A program made the translations under genes and the position numbers. Shown one piece after another: positions 14,170 to 27,109 of a DNA stretch of 64,000 bases (position 1 is the first letter of the stretch; each line of letters starts with the position of its first letter). Source of the stretch: Octopus bimaculoides (lineage: Eukaryota); assembly GCF_001194135.2 (NCBI RefSeq), contig NC_068982.1:107518804-107582803 (forward strand), written 5' to 3'. The notes beneath the pieces were generated by a model. It made no database searches and was not told the DNA's origin. It saw only the letters and a list, made by a program, of their open reading frames with translations.

Positions 14170-15240
14170 TAAATATGAATGGCTGGGGAGATCCATCCAA
14201 GACATGTACAGGAGTGCTGTCAGTAAGATGAAAGTCAGCAATGAGTGCAGCAACAAATTTAGTGTGGCAGTAGGAGTTCAGCAAGGCTTGGTTCTCAATC
14301 CCCTTTTGTTTATATCATCGTCATCCAGGTCATAACAGAGGAATTTAAAATTGATTGCTTATAGGAACTTCTCTATGCTGATGACCTTATTCTTATAACT
14401 AAATCTATAGTAGAGTTAGAGAAGAAATTTCAGATGTGGCAACAGGGCCTGGAATCAAAAGGCCTGAGGTGACTTTAGCAATGACCAAAGTGCTAGTAAG
14501 CAGGAAAGCAAACAAGTTACTAATCCCTTCAGGGAAATGGTTCTGTTCTGTATGTAGGAGCAGTAGAAATTCCATTCAATGTACCCAATGCAAGCTATGG
14601 ACACATAAGAGATGCATTGAAATCACAGAAAGGTTAACAGAGAAAGTAATCTTTGTGCATAGCAGATGCACAAGAGCAATATACACTAAAAACACACAGT
14701 ATATAGATTTCCTCAAATGTCCAAGGTTATCCTTAGAGATGGTAGATTGTTATCATTAGCTGGGTGAGCAAATTGACAGTGGAGGAGAATGCTCTGAAAG
14801 CATAGTTGCTACAATAAGAACTGGCTGGCCAAAGTTCAGGTAACTATTACCTTTGTTGGTAAAAAGCACCTCTCCCTCAAAGTGAAAGTCAGACTGTATG
14901 ATGCTTATGTACAAACAGCTGTGCCACATAGTAGTAAAACATGGGCTGTGACTACAGCAGACATGTGAAGGCTTGACAGAAACTGGATGTGCAATATCAG
15001 TGTACATCTATGACAAGGTGTAAATGTGTTGAGAGAAACATTGGATATAAGAGGCATCAGAATTAGTGTGCAAGCGAAAAGACTGTGCCACTATGGTCAT
15101 GTGACATGTACGGATGAAGACAGGAAGACAGTTGCATAAAGATGTACTGATGGAACCTGTGGAAAAGGAAGACCTAGAAAGACATAGGATGAAGTGCTAC
15201 AAAATGACTTTCAGATGTTAAGTCACACAAAGTAAATTAA
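14170..15240 (+). mobile_element. Degenerate RTE-clade LINE, RT C-terminal half
   Basis: VGVxQG.VL.PLLF-like motif near 14270, ELLYADDLIL near 14365, GKWFCSVCR...NSIQCTQCKLWTHKRC and GRPRKT near 15170. Frameshifted. Confidence 0.9.
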
Positions 15241-15634
15241 AAGCCATAAAGGCATGTTGCTTATGTCCATGCCCCTGCATAAATTTACCCTGACGAACCT
15301 TCCCCCTGCAGCCCTTCTCTGTAACACCTCTCCCATCTTTCCACTCAGGTTTACCTCTCACTATTCCTCTCTCCTCTATCTCTCGCTCTTCCTTTGCACC
15401 CTTGTGAACCTACCTGCACACAGTGTGCCCCTGTTGAATCTCTTCCCCACAAAACATCCTCCCAACACCTCTACTTCTATTTCTGTCCACTCACTACATT
15501 CTCTCTCCTCCGCCTCCCACTCCCCTTTTGTAATCTGAATTTACTTGCCCACTCAGCCTATCTCCTCCTTGATTCCACTCCACCATCCTGTAACTTGAGT
15601 GTACCTCCTCCCATCATATCTTCACCATCTTCTG

Positions 15635-15733
15635 TCTCTCCACTCTCTCTCTCTCTCACTCTCTCTTCTCTCTCTCTCTCTCACTCTCTCTTCTCTCTCT
15701 CTCTCACTCTCTCTTCTCTCTCTCTCTCTTTCT
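15635..15733. repeat. Compound (CT)n repeat with periodic cact/ctt interruptions
   Basis: Directly visible; lies in the 3' part of the RTE copy. Confidence 0.9.
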
Positions 15734-15829
15734 CCAACTGAGGTAGCCTTTATATCTCCTTTACTGCAAGACACCTATTTCTGACCCTCTATTCATACTC
15801 TTTTGTCACCTGGCACAAAGCCACCTCCT

Positions 15830-16743
15830 GGATCTTTGTGGTTTTCATCACTGTCTACAATTTTGTTCCAATTGTTTTCAAATTTGGTATATGGATTAAG
15901 TTTTGTATACTAATTATGAAAATGAAATTCGTTTTCCATATAAATCCATAATTAAAAAGTTATTAGTCTTTAAAGTTTGCAAAATTTTGGTATTTTAACC
16001 AATCAGAAGCGAGTATTTTACACATCACCATAGTAACCAAAGATGCTGCGCATGCGCACAACGTTTGTTTTCATAACAGACAGTGCTCACACTCAACAAA
16101 TTGAAAGTGCCTAGGTATCTTTAAAGTGTGGAAACAAACGCTGGTATGGAACATACCGTTCCATGGTTGACTCTTGGTTTTGTGAATTTATGTGGTGAAG
16201 GAGATATGAGAAAGATAATTTATTTTATAAAATCCTAGAGTGTATCGCAAACTTTTGTTCTTGAATTTTTAAAACTAATAAATGTCTGTTTTAAACAAGG
16301 ATTTGACTGTTATTTGTTGCAACTCCTGTTGGGTTGTTTGTTGCCTTTAAATATTTAATTTGCTCACAAATGTTTTAATGTTAACTTTGCTCGTGTATAT
16401 TCTAATGTTTTGACTGTTATTTCTAGCAAAACTCCTGTTGGTTTATTCATAGCTTTTAAATATTTAATTTGCTCATGAGCTAGTTTAATGTTTTGACANN
16501 NNNNNNNNATGCTGGCCCCCCCCCCCTTCCTTGACCTTGGAAGAGGCAGTGAATGCGCTGTTTTCTGATTGGCTGAAAATTCTGAAAATTATCAAAATTT
16601 CAACACCTGTAACATTTTTGCAAAATTTTTCTGGAATAAATAAGTAACAATTTCAGATTTAGCATAAAAAATTACATCTATATGATGCATTAAAAAAAAA
16701 TTTTAAAGATAATTGTGAACAGTGGCATAAATCTGAAGGGTCC
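15830..16743. mobile_element. Non-autonomous DNA-transposon-like element with long imperfect inverted ends
   Basis: The left end ggatctttgtggttttcatcactgtctacaatt resembles the reverse complement of the right end aattgtgaacagtggcataaatctgaagggtcc. Internal aaccaatcagaa / ttctgattggct pair, an ~110-bp tandem duplication at 16300-16495, and a 10-N gap. Confidence 0.6.
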
Positions 16744-17340
16744 TACTTTCTTCAATACTACTCACTGCTCAGTTGAGGTGCCTTGTCTTGCATGTTATTT
16801 GATGACCTCATTGCTGCTGGTGCCACATAAAAAGCACCTAGTAAACTAGCCATGGACAGCAGACTTTGGCCATATTTGCTGCCAACCATTCAGACTTGCT
16901 CAAGTGAACCTCATCCTTGGTACTATACTAGGCAAGCATTGGAACAGGAGACTGCATTGGCAGTGGGCTGATGACTTGTAAAAGGGCTATTAATCTATTC
17001 ACCACCTGCTGAGAATCGCTCAAAACCACTCACAGTGATCATCTTTTGTCCACAAAGTTTCCAGACATTGTTTGTCAACCTTATGGTGCAATGAAGGAGA
17101 AAGATATTGTATAGTTAAATCAATTAATTTAACAGCTGAATGCCTTCCCTACCACTAATCACTCAACTTTGGATAAGGACAGGCAAAGCACAACACAATA
17201 AATGTTGTGTCCAAACTCTGAGCCATATATTTAGTAGACTTGTTCTTTAACATCCACATGTTTGGACAAGGTACTGATTAAATTTCACTTTCAGTTAATA
17301 AACTAATTTTATCCTTCTTTTTTGTTCAAAACTTTTACAG

Positions 17341-17499
17341 ATTTTCAAAATTCTTCAAGCACCATTTAAAGATACTGGTGAAAGACCATTTCTTCGCATG
17401 GAAGAACTTGCTGATCAACGCCATTCAAATTACCGATATATCTGTCAGTTATGCTATCGAATTCTCAACCTTTCCCAACAAAGCTATCGTAAAAATCAA
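17341..17499 (+). CDS. ITPR: ITPR exon (Y567/R568/K569 equivalents): [53 protein letters not shown]
   Basis: ttttacag| acceptor, CAA|gtaagc donor, 159 nt, phase 0 to 0. Confidence 0.97.
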
Positions 17500-18287
17500 G
17501 TAAGCCAATTATTAAATTTTCATTCTTCCTTATGATTGTAATGAAACTCGGAATTTAGAAATTACAAATTAATTACTGTTTTCAGACTTCAAAATCTTCA
17601 AAACAACTCTCAATTAAACTAGGATAAACTTATGATCTATAGAAATTGATACCAATCTGTGATGGCAACAGTTAGTTCAGAGGAGGGTTCTAACAGTGTG
17701 TTAGTTGTTGCATGAAGAAAGAGTGAAGAATGTAATATTTTGGGTCACTGTCCATTGTGAGAAAGTGAGGAAATAATGTTGCTGCATAAACTGTAAGTCC
17801 AGCATATGAACTGAGCAAAATGTGAGAAAATCTAAGAAGATATAATCTGTTTGCTGTAACTGAAAACACTTTTTTCCCTTACATCCATTTTCAACTTATT
17901 TTCTTAATGACTGTATAGATTAGAGAGGACTACTTAGTGTTTTGTAAGGAACAAGGCAAACTCTTCAACATTGGTGCCATGGATAAAAATGCACCAAGTA
18001 CATTCTGTAGAGTGGTTGACATTTGTATGTAGATGATGCAGAGTAAGAGGGACTCTTTTGTCACATCATGAGTATAACAAGCTTTCTATTGCTGGTACTA
18101 TGATAAAACACATCTTGTAAAATGCTTGGTGCTAGGAAGTACATGCAACCATAGAAACCATGTGGAAAATCAAACATACAATTGAAGAGTTGTTTTTTGC
18201 TTTGTCTAGGAAAGCAGTTACTCCAAATGGAAACTAACATGAACTGTAATATCTAGTCCTGTCCATGTCAGTGTGGAAAGTAGATTT

Positions 18288-18390
18288 AGATGATGATGAT
18301 GATGATAGTGGTGATGGTAGTGATGATGATGAGGATATTCTTAATTATGATGTTAGTGAAGATAATGATGATTATGATGATGCTATTGAT
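18288..18390 (+). repeat. Degenerate (GAT)n tract, probably an RTE tail, abutting the acceptor of exon 18397
   Basis: Preceded by ccatgtcagtgtggaaagtagatttagatgatgat, similar to the RTE 3' end at about 38630-38680 (ccatgccagcatggaaagtggatgttaaatgacgacgatgat). Confidence 0.75.
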
Positions 18391-18396
18391 TTTCAG

Positions 18397-18569
18397 GAAT
18401 ACATTGCCAAACAGTTTCCATTCATGCAAAAACAGATTGGATATGATGTACTTGCCGAAGATACCATTACAGCTCTTCTTCACAATAACCGGAAGCTGTT
18501 AGAAGAACACATCACTGAATCAGAAATTGAAACATTTATTGCTTTGGTTCGCAAAAACCGGGAACCAAG
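18397..18569 (+). CDS. ITPR: ITPR exon: [57 protein letters not shown](R)
   Basis: ttttcag| acceptor, AG|gtaagt donor, 173 nt, phase 0 to 2. Near-identical to the conserved IP3R segment. Confidence 0.98.
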
Positions 18570-19263
18570 GTAAGTTGATTCTGTTTATTTCTTAATCTGC
18601 AGATATTTCAAATATATGTCATCTACAGCTGACAAAAAGAGATGTAAAATTTTAAAAGGAAATTTTCTTTCAGGATTCAATTATTTCCAGAATTTTTATT
18701 TTATCATTCCTTTTATTCAGGTTTGTTAATCTTTGCATATAAAGTGAATCTTTGATCTAGGTTTTAGATCACAGTTATGCTGAAATTTTACAATAAGTAC
18801 ACATTTTTTAGTAAGAAGGTGATTTTTGTTGATATTTGCTAAAAAAAAGTTTAGCAAAGGTCAAATCGCAACTAATAGCTCAGTGTGGAAATTGAACTTG
18901 ATATATAGATGATTCAAGAAATAACTATGCTAGCCTCACTAAATAAAATGGTAAGTGATCCGAATTTTAAAATTTTGAATCTTCTTCCAGAAAAGTATAT
19001 AAATCATATAGTGCTCAGTTTGAACAATCTTCTGAATTGCTTTCCCTAAACTGCAACAATTCTGAGTGAATCAATATTCTCAGATGTACTGAAGAGAATC
19101 AGCATCTTTTCCAAAAACATTAATCCAAAATATAGTAAATTCATCTTGTAGTGTTTATTTGAGATATTAATAAGCCCAAATAAACTTACAAACAAAGCTA
19201 ATTTTTTAAGTTGCTTCACCAATTTTTCTTTTNNNNNNNNNNAAACACTAATATTTACTTATA

Positions 19264-19483
19264 TACAAGGAGTGCTGGAAACTTCCTAGCTCTGGGTAAA
19301 AGAAAAATACAGGAAAATCTGTTAATTATGATTTTATTCAACATATTCCCCTCTCAGATTCACATACTTATTGCAGTGGCCCTTCAGTTTTTCTAAGCTC
19401 TGTAAAAAGAACCCAGATGGTTGAGCCCCCAACCAGGCCTTTCGTGATACCCTTAAAGCCAGGAACTTTTCAGCACCGCCTCA
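19264..19483. mobile_element. Mariner-type MITE (about 220 bp)
   Basis: Imperfect TIRs tacaaggagtgctggaaacttcctagct / aagccaggaacttttcagcaccgcctca, flanked by TA. Confidence 0.75.
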
Positions 19484-19859
19484 TAAACACTTGTTGTATA
19501 AAAGGTCTACATGACTGATATAACATTTTACAAATGTTTTAGATGCTTTCATACTTGCTATTAATGTCCTTTATATCATTTATTTGATTAATAACGATGA
19601 TGTTGGAGATTGATAATGATGATATTGGGAAATGTACACAAGTAAAATACATAGGAAAGCAACAAACAAGAAATCATGAGAAATTTACATTGAATAAATG
19701 GGTGAGATCTACAAAAGCAATAAAGACACTTGAAAAATATGTATGTAATAATAAATAAAATTAATAGTATGAAACAAAAAAATAAGAAAAAAATGTCCAA
19801 AATGAGGGAGCAACCACACAGCCGACCTAGTGCCTTCTCCCATACTTGCCACCAGTCTA

Positions 19860-20760
19860 CAGACGTATAGTTAATGTGGAATCATTTAGCAATAAGAGTT
19901 TCACCACTTACACATCACTTTCATAAAATATACTACAAGACAACACTTCTTTGTCTACCCCAGAGTGGAGCATACATTTTTTTGCCTCTTGTGGAAGGGA
20001 CAGCTTCTGTTGATCCAAAGGGTCTTGTGTTTCTAATGCTCATTACAAGGAAGTTTTGAGGTGCTATGGTTAATGATACACATGCATATACTGAGGCTGA
20101 CACATCTATTGAGATGCCTTGATAACAGCTTATCTCCTTAACTGACCTCCAGTTCTGAATCAAATGCAGACTAAGGTTGGGCCTTTGGCATCTGAAATGT
20201 TCCCAGACATTCACTCCCTCAACCAGGTGGACCATGTGTTTGAAAGAAAGTCAGCTCTCTGTAGTGAGTTAGTGGAGAATACAAGCAATGATTCTGGGCA
20301 TCAACAAGGACAATTTGAGGAGTTCATTCTGGAAATTGAGTAATAGGGTGATGACGGAATTTAATGAGCTTAAAAATTGTAAGATGTGAGAGGGTAGTAT
20401 GATGTATTTTTGACAGAGTACACAATATCTCAGTCTCTACAACTACCCTCATATAAAGGTATGCTTTGTTGTTGGTGATTGGGGTCTTCTGCAGCACCAC
20501 ATATCATCAGTTTGCATGGTTCTTGGTCACCTCTGTGAGATACAATGTCTTCAGATCAATCTTCACCAGTTCATCCCAAACCTTCCTTGGTCTCTTACTT
20601 CCACCAAAAGTCCTCTTCTTTATGCAGCAGTCATCCTCCATACACGTCACATGCCTATACAAGCGTGACCTCTTCTCTTATTCCTGATTCCTCTTACGCC
20701 CATATCTCAATATACTTATGCTGACTCCCTATAAACTACATCTTTGGAGATAGTTTGTAC
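19860..20760 (-). mobile_element. Degenerate RTE-like LINE fragments
   Basis: The reverse strand has an RPRKVW-like end (accaaggaaggtttgg) and sequence resembling other RTE copies. Heavily decayed. Confidence 0.5.
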
Positions 20761-22399
20761 AGCTCTCACAAACCATTCATCTATACTTAGTTTCCATTAG
20801 GTGTAGACAGATGCCAGAATATGGCATCTATCAAAAGCCTCCTCCAAGTCAACAATGTGTTTTACTGTGCAGTTTAATAGAAAATGAGGATCAATTCACA
20901 TCTGGGAGTGGCTGGATTTTGACATGATAGTTGCTAGTGGAAAGTTTCATGATCTTCAGTTTCATACTTGATAGTATTTTGCCTCCATAAAAAGCTTGCA
21001 AGGTTCTCTGCAAGAGCAAGATGTAGCAATAACGTCAGCACTATAGAAATTGGAATGCAGTCATTTTTTATCTATTGGCCAACACATCATCAAGTTGATT
21101 AGCAAATCTTATCTATTTTGACACTTACCTATCCTTAATGTTTTCATTGATAAGGATATGTAGGATGTGAAGATGCAAAATGTGCAAAATATGCTAGCAA
21201 AGTTCAGTTCTTAGATGAAAAATTACCTCTAGCCACCAAATTAGGAAATTAATCTAGTGCTGTCATCTCATTAATGCAAATTAAACGTTACATCAAACTA
21301 ATGAAAGCAGCTTTGGTAGGAAAGTGGTTAAGTAACTAAGAATAATTTCATGTGACAACAAATGCATTCCTTCATCATGACAATGAGTTAGATTTCATAA
21401 ATGGTTTATTAATCTGTAGTTGTCTACCATCTTAGTTTCTCTTGCCAACAACAATTTTACAGTCTTATCTGATATTTTATTTTGTATGAAATATATTGCA
21501 TTTCCCTATTTGTAAATTTTGTTCTATTATCTATGAAGCCATTTATATGAAGATGGTGGTCTTCAGTTTATCAAAGCTGAAATAATCGCATGCGTGCCTA
21601 TACATGTGAGTGTTCTGATGTGTAGTATTGAAACTTGACTATGTTGGAGATTTTATTATTTTTTATGAAGCATTATTCTAGCTTACAAATATTGCTTTAC
21701 ACATCACCATATGATGTTTATGTAAATATTATCTTGTCCTGTGCTAGTTATGATATTGAGTATATATCATTGACACATTCAATCATATTTCTAAGGCTAT
21801 CTATACACAGTCATACTTATAAATTAACTGCTCCATCAATACTGTATATCAATACTGTTGCTAATTCAAAAGTAGGTGTATATATAACACACCATATATT
21901 GGATTTTCTTCAATATACTAATACTAAAAGCATGCTGAGAACACATCTAACTTTAAGATAAGGCATATCACAACTATATCAAGTGTTAGTCTTTTCATCA
22001 AGAAAACTCAAACAAAAATAGTTCCTATAATGTATGAATTTACTTATCTTGCTTTGCCTATTTACAAATTTTAGTGCCTCAGAATGTGCCTTCCAAGTTC
22101 TTCACATTATAAACATTGTGTTAAATACATATTGAAAAAATCATAGAAAAAACAAAATCATCCACAGTATTTTTGTGGGTGACTTAATTTCATTAACTGG
22201 AGGGGAAAATGGATACTATTTTCATTGAGACAATGAATCTAGCTGTTAATAATGAAATGAAAGTTAAAGTTTGATAATTGAATCTTAAGAACAAAATAAA
22301 TTCAAACATCATTAATTCATTAAATCATGATATCAGCTTGACAAGAAAGATCTATTTTGTTGTTGTGGCTTAGTTCAGTTGTGCTTTGGCAGACTCCAG

Positions 22400-23111
22400 C
22401 TAATCAGAGCTGGAAGTGTAATAATACAAATAGCAACTTCCGTCCAGCAGTATCATGTGCCTTTTTGGACAGCAGTTGTGAATTTGACAGCATAGAAGCA
22501 ACATTGCTTTCTTCAACATGTCGCATTTTCTGTGTCCACCATCAACTACACACAACTCATATAATTAATATTAGCTTCCACTCTGTTTCATATAAATCTC
22601 AGTGTCATGTAAGTCATGTGATTTCCTGTCTTGCATACACATATATTCGGTTCCCATTCATATGCAAGGTTAATCCTTGTTACCACTTGCTAGCACTCAT
22701 TACACTACGGAATAAATTTCAATATTTTTGTTTTATAAACTTGCCTTCTGAATATTCTTTATTCATGCCTCTTTATGAAATCACTGAAAATGGATTCTTT
22801 CTATGAACTGCCTTCTAAAAATGCTAACTACACACATTATGTTACAATTTGAACATGTTACATATAGGAGACATTCCTTCTGACTTACATTAATGACTCA
22901 CATGTAACACTGGTGACCTTGGCGTGATTAGATCTTTCAAATGAATCACCAGAGAAGAAGGTATGGTGCTCAACAAAATGTGTAGCTGTTGCCGCTCCAA
23001 TTTAATGTTGTTCATAGCAAAATATGCCTCCATCTGCACAAACCAAACTCTTACATCACCACTGAATTCTGATAACAAAGAGTGATTCATACCAGCCAAG
23101 AAATGTAGCAC
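22400..23111 (-). mobile_element. Degenerate LTR-retrotransposon (Gypsy-type) gag fragment
   Basis: ORF 22890-23111 reads FSGDVRVWFVQMEAYFAMNNI...ILLSTIPSSL...LKDLI, like the gag N-terminal F...P..WF.Q.EA.F motif. A possible decayed CxYH..F zinc knuckle lies near 22450-22500. Confidence 0.6.
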
Positions 23112-24289
23112 GTATGAACTGAATAAACGTGGTGAGCATGGTTCTCAAAGAAAAGAAATCATTAATATGGCAATAAAAAGAAATATTAGTCCTCAGTGTG
23201 TTTTGTTTTATTTTCCTTTCAAATAATCATAAAACAAATCCAAGATAAAGCAGGATCGAATTTTACACCAATGGCGGCAAGCAGGAAAAATTAAGCTGAA
23301 GTGAGGCAAGACATACATGTTGCATACTTGTGCACATGCATAAGGCACCATGAGGTTACATGTGAAGAAGGAGGTCAGCAGCCATATTGAAAACAAAATG
23401 CATCCATGTGGTTTAGAAGAAAATAAATTAAGCCATTATGTAAACAATGCCACTAGAGGTTTCTCTTTGAAACAAAAACAATAGACAGCTCTGATATGTT
23501 AGCCGTGCACAATTTTAGTTAACCTTTGCTCAGCACTGTCCTACAAAAATATTATTTGGGGGTGGGGAATATTTCCTGAAGAAATATTTCAATGTCAGGT
23601 CATCAATGTTACATATAAGTCTCTCCAATGGTCTTGCCACACTTAAAAACAAGGATTTATCACATAGCAGAGAACACAAAGACCCACTACATTAAACTAA
23701 AATCATTACTGAAATAGTGCTACATGCACAAAATATGAGTAAAACTACACAATTTTAATAATATTCCAAATAAAAAATCAAATATCTAGCAGAAAGCAGT
23801 ATCGTTAAATCACTATATTGGGCTAAAAGTTTCACTGCTGATTCCTTTACTTTGAACATTTACTTTATATTTCTTTTACTCTTTTATGCCAACTATTTAA
23901 ATACTATAGCTGATTAAGTGGAATAAAGAGTAAATTTATTGATGCATGTGTTTGATACGGCTCTACCAAAATGTAACGATATCTTTTCAACACACAATTT
24001 TTTTATTAAATTCCTTACCAAATCTATACATGAATATTTTACCAGTCTCAGTATGCTGAAAAATACTTTCTCTGTTATCTACAGAAAATAACATGGAATG
24101 TAATATTTAATTGATAGAGAAAAGTTCATGATTATATTTTTTCTTGCCTGAAGATTGTCTTCATTTAAATTACCAGAATGCATTTCATATTCTATTAATT
24201 TTTCTCACATTTTGATCCTTAATTGTTTTTATACATTCCAATTTGTGTGTTCATATGCAAATTGTTTAAATGAAAATTGTTTTCTTAAA

Positions 24290-24372
24290 ACATTATCACA
24301 GTTGGACTATGTTAAAGTACATTATCACAGTTGGACTATGTTAAAGTACATTATCACAGTTGGACTATGTTA
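24290..24372. repeat. Perfect 29-bp tandem repeat, 2.9 copies (acattatcacagttggactatgttaaagt)
   Basis: Directly visible. Confidence 0.95.
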
Positions 24373-24676
24373 TCTGATGGCTTCATTTTTCTTGTTATTG
24401 ATTAAACTGCATGCTATTAAAATATCTTAAGCCCAAGTTTAAATATAAATTCAAAGTTTACCTACTCAGCAGTCATATATTAAAGTAGAATATAATTTAT
24501 ATTTCAGAGCCAAAAATAATTAGAATCGAAATTACAGCTGGACAAATTCTTTTTATTCATTGTTCTCTATTCATTTTTTAAGTTAAATTTATTTCTCTCA
24601 ATATTTTTATTGTTTCCATATGATATTCCTATTTAAAATTTATGCAGTCCGTTAGTGTCACCTGAATAAAATCGCT

Positions 24677-24727
<51 letters not shown>

Positions 24728-24824
24728 GAATAAAAAATGTTGGTGCACTGGAAGTATAGAGGTATAATATCTTCAGTTAAAATATATTTATAAGTTCAGA
24801 TCAGCATTTTCATTAGCCTTTATA

Positions 24825-26110
24825 TGAGGGTTAGCTGATAAGTTCATAGGCTGATCAAGATATCCCCATAGAATGTGACCAAGTGAAGTTTATTTTTCAA
24901 TATAGTCCCCATTGTGCTCCACACACTTCTTCCATCATTGTTGCAGTGTGTGGATACCATTAGTAAAGAGTCTCATCCTGTTGGTTAAAAAAATCATCAA
25001 TAGCAGATATAAAATCATCATCACTGCAATACTGGTTCCCAACCAAGTATTTTTCCATGTTGAAGAACAGATGGGACCAAATCAGAAGAATAAGGAGGAT
25101 GATTAACCAGTTCAAAGCCATATTTATGTACAACAGCCATTGAAACCAACCAAGGACTTAAGTGCTGGGGCATTGTGTTGATGAAACAAGACTCCTTTTG
25201 TCAGTTTTCCAGGGCGTTTGGTCTTGATAGCTTTTGTAACTGCCTCAGCAAGTTGGCATAGTATTTTCCGCCATTGGTGTGGCGCTTTTGAAGATAGTTA
25301 ATAAAAAGAGGTCTTTGTGTCCCAAAAAACTGAGGGCACCACCTTCCCTGCTGATGAATTGACCTTGGTCTTCTTTGGAGTGGGTGAGGAAGAGTATTTC
25401 CACTGCATGAACTGTCTCTTTGTCTCTGACTCAAAGTGATCAACCCAATACTCATCCTGACTAAGGAAATGTTCTAGGAAACCAGCTGGATCTACTTCAA
25501 ACAATGTCAGATTTTCCCATAATGTAATCAGTCTGGTGTGTTTTTGATCAGGTGTCAGCATATGTATTACTCACTGAGCAGAAACCTTCATCATGCTAAG
25601 TTCATTGTGCAGAATATTCTCAACTTTCTCACAGGATCTGCTAATAGTATTGGTTATTTGATTTATTGTCAATCACATGTCATCCATTACTATGTGGTGA
25701 ACATGATCCATGTTTTCCTCGGAGGTTTTCCTTGGTTGCAGGATGTTCATACCTTGGGTCATCTTCAGGACTCTCTTTTCCCTTCCTAAATTCAGTTACC
25801 CACTTTTGCACTGCTCATAAAGCTGAAGTGTCATCCCTTAATGTAGCAACCATGTCAGCATGAATGTCCTGGGGGCTAAAGCCTTTTACCACAGGTGCTT
25901 GATAACACCATGATGCCAAATTTTGTCCATTTTCAAGAGAAGTTGCTAATAGTTACTTTTGAAGTCTTCTTAGAACAGTTAGATGTCAGTTTACCTATAA
26001 AGAAACAAAACAGTTATTAATAAAAAGAGTTGAAATTAATGCATGCAAGATTTCACAGCTCTAGCATCAGTCCTTCATAGTCAGCCCATTAACTTTTCAG
26101 CCCACATTCA
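24825..26110 (-). mobile_element. Full-length but inactivated mariner (about 1.29 kb)
   Basis: TA-flanked imperfect TIRs (tgagggttagctgataagttcataggctga / tcagcccattaacttttcagcccacattca). Transposase remnants LTPDQK..R, QDEYWVDHFESETKRQFMQW, SAGKVVPSVFWD, HPPYSSDLVPS; frameshifted. Confidence 0.92.
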
Positions 26111-27109
26111 TATCTTTTTATGAAAATCTGTTTTTTCTGTCTCAAAATGTTGATGTAATTTTCTCGGAAATTAGGTTGCTATCTCTAGCAAGCCAAAAAA
26201 TCACATAGTTCTTCCTGTTCACCTATTAGTTACTGATAATGTGGGTGTTAGACTATTGTAACTAAAGAGGTTATTTCTTATAGATATTTACTAAGTTATT
26301 TAATTAAAAGGATATATATATATATATTGCAAACAACTTGCAGATGCAAGTGCTACCTGTTGAAAGCTCTGCATACCGGATGCTAGCAAGCTTATGGGAT
26401 CATCAGGAGATATGTGCTATTTTGGTGCCTTTCTCTCAACGTATAATTGCATACTGCCCCTCTCTCTGAGATGGGGGCCCACTTGCTAGATCAACTAGTT
26501 ACTAGGTTTTGCTCAATATTCTTCTAGCCATTGCTCATCATCTCTTTTTAACCAAATCCAGTGGCTTGCCTTCTCCACTGTAGCCTGGATATATATATAT
26601 ATATTTATTTATTTATACTGACACGAGTTTTTATTGAATGTCTTGGATTTTTGTAATTTTAGATCAGTCCTTTGGCACAGAAGCAATGCTATCTGTGAGG
26701 CTATGATGCTACAGATGTTTGCAGCTATTTCTGTTTGAATGAATTTTTATGTTTGAGTTGAGTAGCAGAGGTAGAGCTTTTTAAGAAGTTCTTATAAAAA
26801 ATGTTTTGGACTGTTATATATGGGCACGAATGTTTGGATATAGTTTTTCATGTAATAGTGACTTCAAGCATACTGTGGCAACAAACTGTGTCCCTCATAT
26901 GTCTAGGTGATCTTTCTTTTTAACCTAGGTTTAGTCATTCACATAACCTTAGTCATTCACATAAATTTCTCTGTCTTGTGTTTTATTATTGCAGAGCATT
27001 TTGGGACATTTCTGAATGCCTGTTAGACTGCCTCTGAATTATTTGCTATTTTCAAAATATTTTGAGAGAACTTCAGTTTTTATTTATTTATTATTGACTT
27101 AGTGGGCTG

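Noticed and set aside
18935-18957. Strong donor ATG|gtaagt near 18952
   Set aside because: Upstream acceptors give non-symmetric segments with stop codons.
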